64,000 nt of DNA from a virus (taxonomy: Duplodnaviria; Caudoviricetes), in IMG/VR virus record IMGVR_UViG_3300028591_000011, positions 41,736 through 105,735 of that record; one strand, given 5' to 3'. The position numbers were made by a program, and so were the translations under genes. Below the pieces are notes generated by a model. That model did no database searches. It saw only the letters and a program-made list of their open reading frames with translations, and had not been told where the DNA came from. Below, in pieces: positions 13,801 through 27,697 of this stretch. The first letter of the stretch is position 1. Each line of letters opens with the position of its first letter.

Positions 13801-16800
13801 ATAAACAACCTTCGTAGTTTGAGATCTTCTTTTATAGATCTCATGAATACTGTAGGAATTGATTGTGATTTGTCATCATTAGGTATATTTTTAAATATAT
13901 TACGAAACGATAAATCAGAAAAAATTGCTGGTAAGCAAATGACCGATGCCGAATAGGTAGAACTTATGAAATCTGCAATAGACTCTGGTGATGTTGGATC
14001 TATAGGTGATATTATACAAGGAATTGCTTAGATACGTAAGAATAAAAGCGGAAACAAAAAACGTAATCAGATCGGTGGACGAGAATTGGATGAGATTTTT
14101 ACAGGATACTCGGATGATTCACAAATTCATTTATTAGCTGTTGCATGGGATTCTGCGTATCCTTCTCCGCAAGATTTTAGTGTAAAAGATGCAAACGGAA
14201 ATAGATTGTATCCAGTGAATCTAAATAGCCATTTTACAGATAGAATAAATTGGTTAAACACTCCAGAAACCGGTTATGCAGACCAATTGAAACAATCTGC
14301 GTATTCTTAGCATTCATTGTTAGCAACTGTATGTGCTGATCAAGTAGATGAAAATGATCCGTCTACTAAAATAAAAGCTAGAGCTTTTGTTGGTATAAGG
14401 GATGATGATACATAGGAAGGTGGAGATTATTTCGGTATAACTCCTCAAGAAGATTACATAGCTAAAATGATGATAACAGAACGAAACTGTCTGTTGTCAC
14501 CGACAATGGCAGATAAAAAGTCTTGGGATTCGATACAAAGTCCATTTTTAAAACTATCACATTCTAGGATGTGGACTAGTGGCGAAGTTGGAGTATTAGA
14601 CGATACTATAATCGAAGAGTTTTCTAAAATTAATCCATACAATCCAAAAGATAAGAGGTATGGAGGTATTGAAAGTAGATGGTGGTCTGCAGCTTTTAAG
14701 TGGTATGACAATTTGGAGGAAGACGATCCTATTAAAATAAGAATAAAAAAGTCTCCAATTTTAGCATTAAAACAAAAGTCTGTAAATAATGTTGGTTATA
14801 CTGTAGATGTGAATACAGGTACTGTAATGCCTAAGTTTGACTTCAGTACACTTAATATATTTGCAGGGTATGTTCTTGATGAAATAAATGCTCTTATAGG
14901 ATACTATAGTGCGGAACACATTAAAGAAATGATGTCCGATAATAGCATGCGTTTGGATAATTTTTCAGGAACTGTCGATTCTAAAACAGGATTGCTTAAT
15001 TGTGACGGAAACGGAGGATTCTTTAGATATTTTTACGACATATTGGATGGTATACCGGAAACATATCATACACTTCAGATAAACGGAAATGACGATTTAA
15101 ATCTCAATCATCATATACAAGCGTTATTTGAGTTATAGAAAAAAATCAGGTCCGGTGAAGTCGATAACGTTTTAGCAGGAAAATCTAGATATAATAAGGT
15201 TACTGAATCATCAATATCTAAAGATGGTTAGGATTATGACGGATTTGAACTTATTAGACAATTTCTAGATGATTTGAAGAATTCTTTGTTTGGCGAAAAT
15301 GAACAGGCTAACGATTATCTTTTGAATTAGATAAATAAAAAGCTTGTTAATATGGCGTACGAAGAACTTGAAGAATTGTCTACCGAAAGTTCTCCGTTAA
15401 AAATGGCCAAATATGATGAAGATTCTGGATTGTATATACCTACTGGCGTACCTGAATAGCTATTGCGTCCTTACATAGAGGACTATATAAAATCAGGAAT
15501 GATAGACAGTATGGATACTGGAGATCTGTATAAAAATGCACATAGAGACAAGTAGAAATATGCATTAGGAAATGCGTTCTTTTCTCTTATTGCAAATCAT
15601 GTAGCCAATACTGCTATTTCTATAATCGAGGTAGAAAAAGTTATTACCGGAGATCCTGCTTATTTTAAAAGAAAGCTTAATCCTGACGACAAGAAATCCG
15701 AGGTGCAAATGTCTATTCAGCTCGATAAAAATACAAAAGCCGAAAACGTAACTCTTTCTGTAAATAACATTTATGATACATTCAGTGATAAAATAAAGCG
15801 TTTGGGAGGAACAATGTCTCCTGGTAGTGAAATACGACCAGACTATTCAGAATGGGAGATAGCATAGGATCCCACTTTAAAAAACACTAAGTATACAAAT
15901 CTTGTTGTAGAAGACCTTATTGTACCATCTGCTATATTAAAGACTATTTCTAATACATTTGAAACTCAACTTATCGTAGATGTAATACGAACTTCAAACA
16001 ACAATTATATAGATAAAATACGAAAACATATAGTTAGTATCGCTAACGATAAATCTATAAAACTTTCTGATGAAGATGTTATAAATGCGATATATAGAAA
16101 CAAGAGGGTTCGTAAATTTGCATATGATTCTTTAAAAGATTACGAAAAGTCTTATATAAAAAATACACTTAACGATCAAGTTGGTCCTTATACAGGTATT
16201 ACAGTATCTGATGCACAGGTGTTTATCAGGCCTGCATTATATCGTAAAATACGTATAGGACTTGGTTTGTGGTAGTGGGAAAAGGATGCTGACGGTTATA
16301 GTGATGAGATAGCGTACAATTTAATATAGAATGGCAATGGCACAGAATGGATGTCCGATCCTAAGGCTAGAGAAATTGTTAGTAAGTTTGAATTATACGC
16401 GTTAAAGATGTCGTATTATCAAAACGATATTGTAAAAGTCAGCGACGATTTCTCTTATATGAAACCTATTTATGATAAAATGGCCATATTCCCCATGTTT
16501 AAATATATGTAGTCAACTGATGTAGGAGAAGCTATATATAATAGAATGAACAAAAAGGATAACGAATTGGATATGATTTCATTTAAGAGTGCTGTGAAAG
16601 TAGGTGCTCCCGCACAAGCTGCACAATTAATGGAAACTACTAAATCGAAGGCTATAAAAAAACTTAAAGAGGCTCATTAGAATGAAGAATCCTATTCTCC
16701 AACAGATCAAGAGATTGCTGATGCTATGGAATCCGAAACCATATTAAGTAAACTTAGCAAACAGTTCTAGAATAACAGTAATAAATATATTGATCAAGAA

Positions 16801-19800
16801 ACTGGCGATATAAACGATCGTACAGGTGATGATTTACTTACTGTGGAAATTCAAGATCTTAAAAATTTAAGAATGCAGCTTAATACAGAAGCACATGAAG
16901 CAGACGAACGTGCAATAGGTACATAGATGTTTAAGATTGCTTTCTCAAATATAATAGACGATACACAATATGGGCTTGGAAAATCAAATCATAAGATAAG
17001 ACTTGGTTCTGAAATAAAAAAATCTATCATGCGTAATATAAGCGCTCTAACTTAGTGTGGAGTGCTTCGTGAGGATTCTGATTTCTACGAAAATGGCAAA
17101 TTAAGTTATAAAAAAGTAAAGAATTTCTTATTGCGAATCGTAGATAACAATAACTTGGGAGATATCGCAAAAGCTATAATTAATGACGGCGGTGTTGTTA
17201 GTTCTCTTGTCAAAAGAGAAGTTTTTGAAATGTCTACTTCGTCTCATGTAAATAAAGATATAGTAGAGATACATACTAACGGTGGTACTGCAATTCAGCA
17301 GTCTATGTTTGGTTTTGCTGGATATGGTTCTGCTAATGTCGGTATACAGTATAATGGAGGTAGAGAGTTAAAATGGAACGCAAAAGAAGGTTCTATGGAA
17401 GTCATACTTTCTATGAATCTTTTACGAAGTGTCCTTCCTTCTGAATTGAAAGATAAATCGTTTACAGAATAGAGGCAGTGGCTGATAGATAACGATATTA
17501 TACTTGGTAATAAATTAGATGGATCTCAATCTGATCCGAAACCTTTTGGTATTGGTTATCGTATTCCTACACAGGGTATGTCGTCAATGTTCTCATTCAT
17601 TGTAGCAGATGTAATACCTGAGCAATCTGGAGACCTTATTATAGTACCTAGAGAATTTACTGCTTAGACAGGTTCTGACTTCGACGTTGACAAACTGTAT
17701 TTATCTACATTTGCATACAGTGATGGAGAAAGGTTATCTGCTTCTGATGAAGAATTATCTACTGTTCTTGGTGAAGATCCAAGCGGAATTGATATATCGG
17801 AAATGTAGAAGAAAATAGCAAACAACTTACTGCAGGACTATATTGATTTGGTATCGGATGAAAAGAATTTCGCAAACGCAAGAGCTTCGATTGATGCTAT
17901 AACTAATGTAGTAAAAGACAACTTTTTAAAGAGGATTCGTCCAAAGAAATAGGGATATATAACTGGCATGACTGAGTTAATGCCTTCGTTCCAGTCTAGA
18001 AAGAAAATGGAGTTCAAAGTCGGTAAAGATGGAATTTCTCCGTTCGCATTGAGTATTCCGCATCTTGCAATGACATAGTTTACGCATTTGACAATAAATT
18101 TTGGTTCCGCAGGAAAGGCTTATGATTTAAATCCTCTCGATAGGATATATGGAAACGATAAATAGCGTATATCTGACTGGCTTTCTGCTATGGTTAATGC
18201 ACATGTTGACGTAGCAAAGGATTCATATGTATTTGATCTTAATTTAAATAACAATACGTATAATCATGCTGTATTGTTATTGCGTGCAGGTAAAGGTTTG
18301 TCCACGTTCTCATTTTTAGCACAGCCGCTGTTGAAAGAATTTTCTGACGCAGTAAATAATGCCGGCGGTGTATATGGGCGAAACATGGACGGGCTTATTG
18401 TAGAAGATGATAGTGGTACGTATCGCAAGAATATCATACGTCAGAAATTAATGTAGAGGTATGTAAAAATATTGAAAGATATTGCTACCGAACATGATTT
18501 ATACGGCAAATGGAAGGATCATATAGAATATCTTGAGTATTAGTCAAAAGATAAAGATTCAAAAACGAAATCTAAAAAACAATCTAAAGAAAAAGGCGAT
18601 ACTGATTATAAACTTCCAGAAGGTTTTGAAAAGAAACTTGTATTTGATATCGAAGAAGGAATTCGTTCAATTAATAATTTTGTGTACGACTTAAACAAAG
18701 TAAACAGCAAAAATGCAGAAGATTTTGTAGAAAGTTTAATATTTAATTTACATTGTCTAATTGCATATCAAGATTTGAACAAATACGCAAGAACATTAAA
18801 CGAACTTGTTTAGAATTCGCAAATTGATACCAAAAAGTTTGGCAAAACGTTTTATGAAAAAATAAACTTTGAGAATAGACTTTATACGTTTATAAATAAT
18901 TCTCAGTTATTTACTGTAACTGATCAAAAACTTCTTGGAAAACTTACTAAAGATTTAAAGAAGTCTGACAATGACGAATATGATCCGAAAGATGTATCCA
19001 GAGAAGTGCTGATGTATTACTACAACAGTACGTTCTTAATGAGAAAGCTTAGAAATGCTAATAAATATTGTAGAGAAATTTTAGCAGGGCAGGTGTTTAT
19101 GGCTAATCCGTTGTTTGAAGATGTATTTAAGACTATGATGATGTCTATATCTGGGGATGCCGAAATTTTAGGTAAACACGGCGAACGTCTTAAGTTATAT
19201 TCTCCTATATATAATCAAAATTCTTTAAAGAGTATATCCCACGCTGCTGAAAATGTAGCAAGATTTAATTCTTTAATGTCGTTTGGTCCTGGAATATATA
19301 AGAGAAATAAAAAAGAAGATCCTGATTCAGATATGCTCGACTTTACTGAAAATGGTGATCGGGTAGCCGTATCAGAAAGATTTAAGAAGCTATTGTTTGG
19401 TAACGATAAAGAATAGTCAATTTTTGTTCGTGCAAGAAGCCTTATCCGTAAAATAAAAGAAACTTCAGATACTAAACAATATGTGGGTCTTGTATCAAAC
19501 GGTAGAATATTAAACGACCTTCTTGTCTATATAAGCCCTCTTACTCCTACTAAGAATTATCCAATAGGTAGAATGATCTTAAGATCGTCTTAGACTGATA
19601 ATAGAAACAAAGACGAAGTAAGATTGTCTGCGGCGTTTGCTTAGCTTTTATAGCATCCGAATGAAGAAGTTAGAAAGTTTGCTGAAGATCTTGCGTTTTA
19701 CGCATATTATTCTGCATATGACTAGAATACGAGTAACTCGTTCTTCCATTTAGTCCCTCCTGCATACAGAAAATAGTATGACGCTTCTATATCAAAAGCT

Positions 19801-21468
19801 CTAGGATATTTAAATTCTACTGAATATGAAAAAAATAAAATAGGTCTTAGGGCTATTGGAGGAATTGCCCCAGGAGGTAGATTTACTAGAGCTCAGTTGG
19901 TAAACACGATAGCTGAAAATTATATTTAGACTATAGGAAGGAATTATAGTTACGATTCAAATATAGTTCCTGTTTGGAAGATGCCTAAACGAATTAGTAC
20001 AAGAAAATTCCAAGCATATCTTACGCCTAGTGATCGTGAAAAAGGAATGCGAGAAGTTGTTCTAGGCAAGACGGCAATGGTAAAAGGATTGAAAACTCCA
20101 ATCAGAACTTTTATAGCATTCACTGAAACTACTTCCGGCGGAGGATACTTTTTTAAACTTCCGTCTGGTATACTGTATAGAAAGATTGGTGAAGTCAGAA
20201 GAAAATATAGAGGTAAAGATGGAAAAGACCACAACCTCGCTCCGTATTTTGTATATGCTGTTGCACAACGTGCTGGGTATAAGAATAAGAAGTTACAGTT
20301 GTTTGAATTATTTTCTGGATACGATAAACCTTCTATATTTGCTGAAAATAAATATATCAGCAGTACTTCTGAAGATGCTGTAAGAGAAGAAGTTTTGAAC
20401 GTTGTAAAAAATAATACTGGAAATGTTGAGTTAAGTGTTGTATGGAATTCTAGCGAAATTCCAGATATGTATAGATCTACCAATGCTGATATGTTTATGT
20501 AGCCTGATCAATTTATGGCACAGAAGAACGTTGGACAACAGTGGCAATTTGGTAAAGCTGTTTCTGCTTCTACTGTATACGGTGCTGAGTATAAATCGTT
20601 CTTAGATGCTGATGTTATACTTAATATAACACCATCTGAAATGGAACATAACGATTCTACGTTAAATAATATTCCAGAAAAGTTTAGACCTAAAGTTGTT
20701 AATGTTGCATTAAATGGAAAGGGCTTAGCCAATGCAATAAAAGCTATAAAGAAGATATCGGAAGGCAATCGTATTTCAATTACTATAACGTCTCCTATTA
20801 AGACTGATTATTAGTGGTATAAATCATATATAACAGACAATGATGTTGACGATTATATCAATGGCAGAAGAAGTGAGCTTGAGGAATTATTTAGAGATTC
20901 TGCTGATGCAGAAAGTCAAATAAAGACAATACTCGACAATACTCGCGACGATTCTCAACATAGAAATACTATGACTAATAAAAAAGTAGCAAGTGATTTT
21001 AATGATATTTTTAATAGGATATTATTAAGTCAAATAGAAGTATCTAAAGTTTCATCTACTATGGACAAAGATAGACACGTTTTTGCTGCTATTGTCGATA
21101 AAATTTATCTTGAACATGGAAATAGTCTAGATTTTTAGTCCGGAGAGTTATATATCCCGTCTTAGTATAATCTTAACAAATTCGCAAGAGACATTATGCA
21201 ATTGACCACGGTACCATTAATACAAATTACTGAAACACAAAAATCTGTTTAGGGTTCAGAATAGGTAGAAAAGATTATAGAAAAAGTCCAAAATGAAGAT
21301 AAACCTGAAGAAAAAACAAAACCTGTTTCTAAAATAGTATAGGATGTAGAAACTTCAGATAGTAAAAAACATGAAGATTGTGGAGAAGGCACTACCGTAA
21401 TGAAACCAACTGGTAAGAAGATGAATAATAGAGGTAGAGCCGGAAGAACCACTGAAATAATTGATTAA
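4894..21468 (+). CDS. Giant virion-packaged RNA polymerase polyprotein (~5,524 aa, TAG=Gln) with zincin HExxH domain
   Basis: The long track fragments from 5071 to 20814 share frame 1 and are broken by TAG; spot checks found no in-frame TAA/TGA. Motifs VSDAQVFIRP (~16204), SAVKVG (~16588), GYRIPTQGMSS (~17554), catalytic QTGSDFDVDKL (17665-17697) and HEAWH (12262-12276) match crAss-type two-barrel vRNAP. Confidence 0.9.
9013..9135 (+). repeat. Pro/Glu (PE)n low-complexity linker within the giant protein
   Basis: GEEEPEPTEQPEVAPQPAAEEQQPEPEPEPEPEPEPAEE, from degenerate ccN-gaR repeats. Confidence 0.8.
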
Positions 21469-21472
21469 TATT

Positions 21473-24400
21473 ATGTTTTGTCCTTATTATAAAAATAGAG
21501 AAGTTTTTGATGGCTTCAACGAAATTGTATAGGCATTTGGTGGTGACCCTTTGACAGAGGAAGAATTTAGGTCCAGTGAGCTGAGAAATCAGCGAACTGG
21601 TCCTAATTATTCTGCTATGGAAGCCGCATATATAGTATACGATAGGAACAACGGAAATATGTTGGATTTTACTCCTGATGGTCAACCTTCTATACTCTTT
21701 CAAAAGTTGTTAGATTATTATGGAGATAGAAATTCTGCAATAATCGCTAAAAGTAACGCTTATTCTGATGAATTTCTTGATAAGAAGAACTGGCTTGCCC
21801 AATATGATGATGCGCCAGACGGTGTTACAAAAACAGTTCAACAAACTGAACCAGATATATCAGACGTTGTAGATGGTTATATAAACCCTTAGGAAACAGA
21901 TGTTGCCATAAACAATAAAAACATAGAAGGCTCTATAAGACGCGCATCTGTAGAGTCTATAGGCGTAGACAATTATACCAAGTTGGCGAACGGAGAAACT
22001 GTTTCTTCAAAGAATATAATACAGAGCTTAAAAAAAGCGTTTGCATTTTCTATTCAAAATAGCATGTTGGCGGATATATTCGAAATACATGATATACCTG
22101 TGACATTTTATTCTGATTTGGATAACGTTACGTTAATGACTAGCGAGTTATTATCCGATGGAACTTCTGTTATAAGAATCAATAGGAACTTGATAGGAAA
22201 AGTTACGCAAGATTATATTTCTGAAGCGTTTTTGCACGAGATTGTACATTCATTAACAATGTCCGCTTTTAGACTAAAAGCTACTCCAGAATAGGTATAG
22301 TTAGTAAACAGTACTAACAAGTTACTCAAATCGTTACGAAAAGAATATTATGGGAATTATAGTGCTTATAATAATGTAGACTCCATAACGCATGCTTTAA
22401 AAAACAGTAGAGAATTTGTATCAGTATTCATTACTGATGCAGAAGCTAGAAATGAATTATTTAGTATTGCAAAACAACTAGATGATAAAAAATATGGAAA
22501 GCATTTAACAAGACTTGTAAATTTTATAAATTCCGTAACATAGTTTCTTGTAAACAAAAATCTAATAAACTCAAATCAAAGCTTATTAAACAGGTATCAA
22601 AAAATTGTATATGACTATCTTAATAACAGACAAATGATAAAAAACGGAAAAGTACTATCAAAAGCCGAAGTTAAGAAGATATAGAGTTAGTTGGATAAGC
22701 GAGCAATTTTAAATGGAGAAATATTAGATAGATTCAAACACGCTCAGTTGTTAGTCAATGTAATAGAAACTAACCCGTATATTATAAAACGTAGACTAAA
22801 TAAAAAAGAAGCTAGCGCAGCTTTACCTACTGAAAGTTTATATAACAATATTATAGATGGTATAAAAATAAGAATAAACGCATTACGTTCTTCTGATTTG
22901 CAATAGGTGCAAAAAAATAAGCTAATACAGGAAGCTAGAACGTTTGTCGATATGTTTGAAAACGAAGGAATTGTTAGATACGTAGCTATATCATCTATGT
23001 TATCTTAGGTTATACCTAATTTGTTAGATGACATAAAACAGCTTAGGGCTGCTGTTAACGAAAATGCTGTCATTGATTCTAAATCTGTAAATTACCATAT
23101 ACATAGTAATTTTGGGTTATATAAAAATATAATTCAGTCTTTGTCTACAATGTTTACAAGTGAAGATTATATTACAGATTTGGTAAACGAATATAATTCC
23201 AAACAGATAAGTGAATCCAATAAAATTAGCAAAGATGACGCTTTAGAGTTAAAACAGACAATTTCTGATATATCTTCTGTTATTACAGACGGTCTAGCTT
23301 TATGTGAAAGGTTGTTGAATAACAGCGGGTATTCCATATTAGAAGAAACTGGTAGAGCGGTAAATAATCCGGACATAGAATAGTTTTTATCGAATCTAGA
23401 AACAGATCCGTCTATAGTATCTACCGGAATAAATGGAGTAGAGGCAATGTTTTCTGCCGCAGATTCCATGGATAACATAATTGTCAGAACGATGGAAAAT
23501 ATGCTAAATAATGCATTGGTTGGTGCTGACAATAAAGTTACCGACAGAGCGTCTGAGATTATGAAGATTATATCTAAAATCAATCCTCATGACATCAAAC
23601 TTTTATACGAGTTCGACGAAAAAGGTAGAACTACTGGATATCTTGTACGAGATAGAAATTTCGGAAAAATGTATAAAGATTATGATGAAGAGATATAGAG
23701 AATAAATCAAATAATAAAAGACAAATATAATCTTACCAACCTCGATGTAAAATTAAACAGAACAGCTCCATATCAAGAAGATGCTAGAATAGAATGGAAT
23801 CAGATGGTAAACGCTTGGAAAACTAAATACACAGAACGTAAAATGCTACCAAAATATTATGATCTGTGGAATGGTGTATCCACTACGGCAAAAAGTGCAA
23901 TCGGAGCAATTAATACCGAGATTTCATTATTGCTACAAAAACCAGGTGTTGTAGACGAACTAGGACATAGGCATTTGGAACTACTTACAGATGATGAATT
24001 TTGGTAGTATCAATAGCTTTCTATACAAAAGAAAGTGTTACGTAGCGATAGAGACGAATTTGGCAGATTAAAGGATCCCAATAGCGAAGAATACAAAATA
24101 GCAAAAGAATTGTAGACTTTATATTCTGAGTTGTATAGCGATTCTAAAGACACCGAATACGATACAGAAGCTTGGTAGTCTGAACTTGATTATAATATAG
24201 ATAACGTTTGGGGAGGAAGAGAAGAGTATAATAAATATTTGAGAGGCGAAGAAAACGATTTTGATATAAAAGCGTTTAGAAAATGGCATTCTAAGAATTC
24301 TGTCTATAGACTAAAATAGGACGATGAAGGTAAAGCTATCGTATATAAACTCATAGAACAAGAATTAGGAATGGTTGTTGATTATGGAGAAGAGGTCGAA

Positions 24401-27151
24401 GATTTGCTTCAGCAACGTAGAGAGATATACAATTTATATAGAGGAGTCAATTCGGATATACTCGGTTCAGAAATACCAGATACCTTAAAAGGTTAGCTTA
24501 AAGACTTAGATAGAAGGATAGATATAGCTAAAAATAAAGCAAAACGTAAGAATAGTGCATTATCAAAATATAGAAGCGCATATCGTAAAGTGTAGAAAAA
24601 ATATATAAAATTTATAAACACTGACGAATTTGAAAGATTAAAAGCAGAAGCAAAAAGAATTGCTGCAGGAAATGAAGTCGAGTATTATAAAATAATGCTT
24701 CAGTACGGATATTCAGGTACAGACGAATTAGGAGAAGAATATTACAAACCTTATTCTTGGTTTACAAAAGCAGTAGCTGTCGATGAAAATCTTATGGAGT
24801 ATGTTCCTAATTTTTCTTGGGCTAAAAAGGAAGAGAACAAATGGAGTAATCCGGATTTCGATGATTCTTATGGTTCTAATATGATACCGAAAAAAATAGA
24901 TAGGTATGATAATTCTGAAGCATTTTCTAAAGTAAGTGAAGAAGGTACTCCGTTGAACGATTTATATAAAATTATATTAAAGACGTATAAGGATTCTAAT
25001 TCTATGCAGACAAATCGACAATTTGTCGATGATTATTTGTTAGCTCAGTAGACTGGATCTATATGGAAGAAAATGAAAAATCATGGATTTTTTGGAGCAA
25101 TAGGTGTGTTGATAAAACATATGCTGGAATCCATAGGTTTGGGTATAGGTAGATTTTCTAGATCATTCACTGAACAAGATCTTGTAGATACTGTATAGAA
25201 TAGCGCGCTTGATCTGATAGATGACGAAGTTGGTGTAGGCTACGGACGGACTCCTATAAGAGGTTAGTATCCAGATGGAAGAGAGTTTCATGTAATACCT
25301 CAATACTATACAAGAAAGTTAGAAGATCCTTCATAGCTGTCTGCGGATTTGATTGGTATAACGTTAAACTATTACAAAATGTCTTGCTATTATGAAGCAA
25401 AATAGAAGATTCGTGATGATTTGGAACTTTTGCTTGATTATATGAGACAAGATAGGTTTAAATATAATGAATCTTAGTTTGCAAGTAGTATTAAGAAAAA
25501 ACTCAAAGTAAAAGGTGCTGTAGATTTTGCAAAAACTTTTCTTGAAATGAATCTTTATGACGTTAGAAGAGATAGCAAAGTATTGTTTTAGGGTACTCCT
25601 TTAGAGTTTTAGTATACTAAATTCTTAAACCAATTTAAGAATTATACTACCACAAGAAACTTAGGATGGTCGCCAAAGGTAGCGTTGGTTGGTATGGCTA
25701 CTAGCCTACATGCCCACCATATAAACATGTTAGTCGGCCAGAATTACGGATTTAAAAATGCAGCAAAAGTTACTTGGTGGGTTTTAAAACATGTGTATTT
25801 AAAAAACATAGGAGGTGCAAATCTTGTTGGTGATAATTACACAAACGACATCATAACATTAATTGCCGAAAAATTTAGACTTGCTAATCAGTTTGAACGT
25901 AAAACTTAGAATTCAAACAGAAAACGTGGGGTACGTATATTGTCTCGTATAAGTGATGCCTTTGGTATGTTATCTTATGTAGATTATATAACAAAAGTAA
26001 TTATAGCTGGATCTGTAATGGATAATTATCACAAGGTTGGCAATTCTTATGTAAGTGAAGACGAATTGAAAAACGAACGTTATAAATATTCAAAAGAAGA
26101 TTTTGAAAAACTTATGGACTCCTATAAATCTGGAAGTTCTTTACTTCATGATCTTACAGTATCCGAAGACCATCGGTTAGTATTTCCAAATGAATATTCC
26201 GAGCATGTAGATAAAGTTCTTACAAATAAAGTGCAAAAAATAGCAGAACTAGCAGATGGTATGGCTACACCTCTTCAACGTGCAGCAATTACTAAAAGCT
26301 GGATAGGATGTTTTGTTATGATTCATAAACAATTCTTACCACTTATTTTGCAAAGAGCGTTCGGTAAACGTGTGTACGATTATGATATGGAATAGTATAA
26401 AAATCACGTTTTTGGTACTGTTTTTGAATACGTTTATCAAGTGGCTTTAAATAATTTATTTGCTGGAATAGGATTGGGTTCTGTATTAGGATTAGCATTT
26501 GGAAACGGTTTATTTGTTGCCGGTGGAGCTTCTACTGGCGCTATTATAAACATGATAGGTAGATATAGAAGAAGTAAATCTGGACAGAAAACAAAATCTA
26601 TTCAGGAAATAAATGACGAATTTTTTTCGAATTATTCGGACAGAAAATCAACTATGATATCAAACGCAAATAGATATAATTTTAGAGAGTTTATGATTAA
26701 AGTTGCATCTTATCATATGATAGCTCTATTAGTATCTATGTTATGCGCAAAAGCAGATGATGATGACGATAAACTTTTAGATTTCTTAGCATATATAGCC
26801 AGAGCATTTTAGTGGGAGTCTTATACGGAGTTTAGGTTGGACGATATGTTAAACACAACAAAATCTCCATCTCCTGCTACAGGTTCTATAGATGCTACGT
26901 AGTCTGCTATAAACACAGTCGTTAATACAATTTCTCCACAAGGAAATTTCCTAGACTTTCTGTCATCTTTTGACGGTTATGACGATGAAGAAGATGATAT
27001 AATATATACTCCAGGTACTTATGAAGGATGGCACAAGTGGCAAAGAGATATATTTAAAGCAACACCTTATCATAATTTCATAGAACAAATTTATGATTCT
27101 GATAAAAAACGTAATTACTTCGAGAATTAGATAATGAAGCAAGACGATTAA
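21473..27151 (+). CDS. Large virion cargo protein (~1,892 aa, TAG=Gln) with zincin-like HEIVH motif and C-terminal hydrophobic segments
   Basis: ATG 21473 (MFCPYYKN) to TAA 27149-27151 in one frame joined by TAGs. HEIVH at 22235-22249; Gly-rich hydrophobic stretch near 26450-26560. Confidence 0.8.
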
Positions 27152-27163
27152 AAATAAAAAAAT

Positions 27164-27198
27164 AAACCCTAGGACTTTCTCAAGCCCTAGGGTTTTTT
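27164..27198. terminator. Bidirectional intrinsic terminator between convergent late and replication blocks
   Basis: AAACCCTAGG...CCTAGGGTTT stem with a T-tract on + and an A-tract before it. Confidence 0.8.
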
Positions 27199-27509
27199 GT
27201 ATCTAGCAAGTTGTTAAATAGTGGATAGTCTTTGTGCGATAATGCAGTTAACAACTGTACATATTTTGATTGAGCATAAAAAGATACAGACAGTTTTCCA
27301 TCAACCAATGTATGCTTTATGTACTGTCTTTCTTTCCTAGCTTTATACAAAATGCTGTTTATATCTGCACTATTTTTTATATCGAAATAAAGAATGTATT
27401 CGAAGATTTTTCCAAACCTTTTATATTTAACGTCTGACAATCTTTTGTCGTTTAAAAGATCTGTAGACGTTAAGATATGTGCTCCGATGCATTTGTATTG
27501 TTGCTCCAC
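27180..27509 (-). CDS. Hypothetical protein
   Basis: 109-aa ORF, last gene of the minus-strand operon. Confidence 0.65.
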   Translation of the reverse strand: MEQQYKCIGAHILTSTDLLNDKRLSDVKYKRFGKIFEYILYFDIKNSADINSILYKARKERQYIKHTLVDGKLSVSFYAQSKYVQLLTALSHKDYPLFNNLLDTKNPRA

Positions 27510-27697
27510 TTTCCTTTTCTTATAAACCTTTTTGCATTAATACTTGCATTTTCATAATCTACATATATTCGTATATCTTCCTCATATACATAGTTTTCTA
27601 GAACAGGTTCTTCTTCAAATATAGCATCCGTAATATCTATCACGTTTTCTACTATACCTTCTACTCTCACTAAATCTTTGTTTTCTGTATTATTCAT
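27470..27697 (-). CDS. Hypothetical acidic protein
   Basis: 75-aa ORF coupled by an ATGA overlap to the upstream nuclease. Confidence 0.6.
   Translation of the reverse strand: MNNTENKDLVRVEGIVENVIDITDAIFEEEPVLENYVYEEDIRIYVDYENASINAKRFIRKGKWSNNTNASEHIS

Noticed and set aside
637-23583. Minus-strand and off-frame short ORFs in the track within the virion block
   Set aside because: They are shadows of the long code-15 genes and have no motifs.
1-27151. Pseudogenisation or sequencing errors explaining the fragmented ORFs
   Set aside because: The breaks are TAG in a constant frame, fall at conserved Gln positions, and a CUA tRNA is present.
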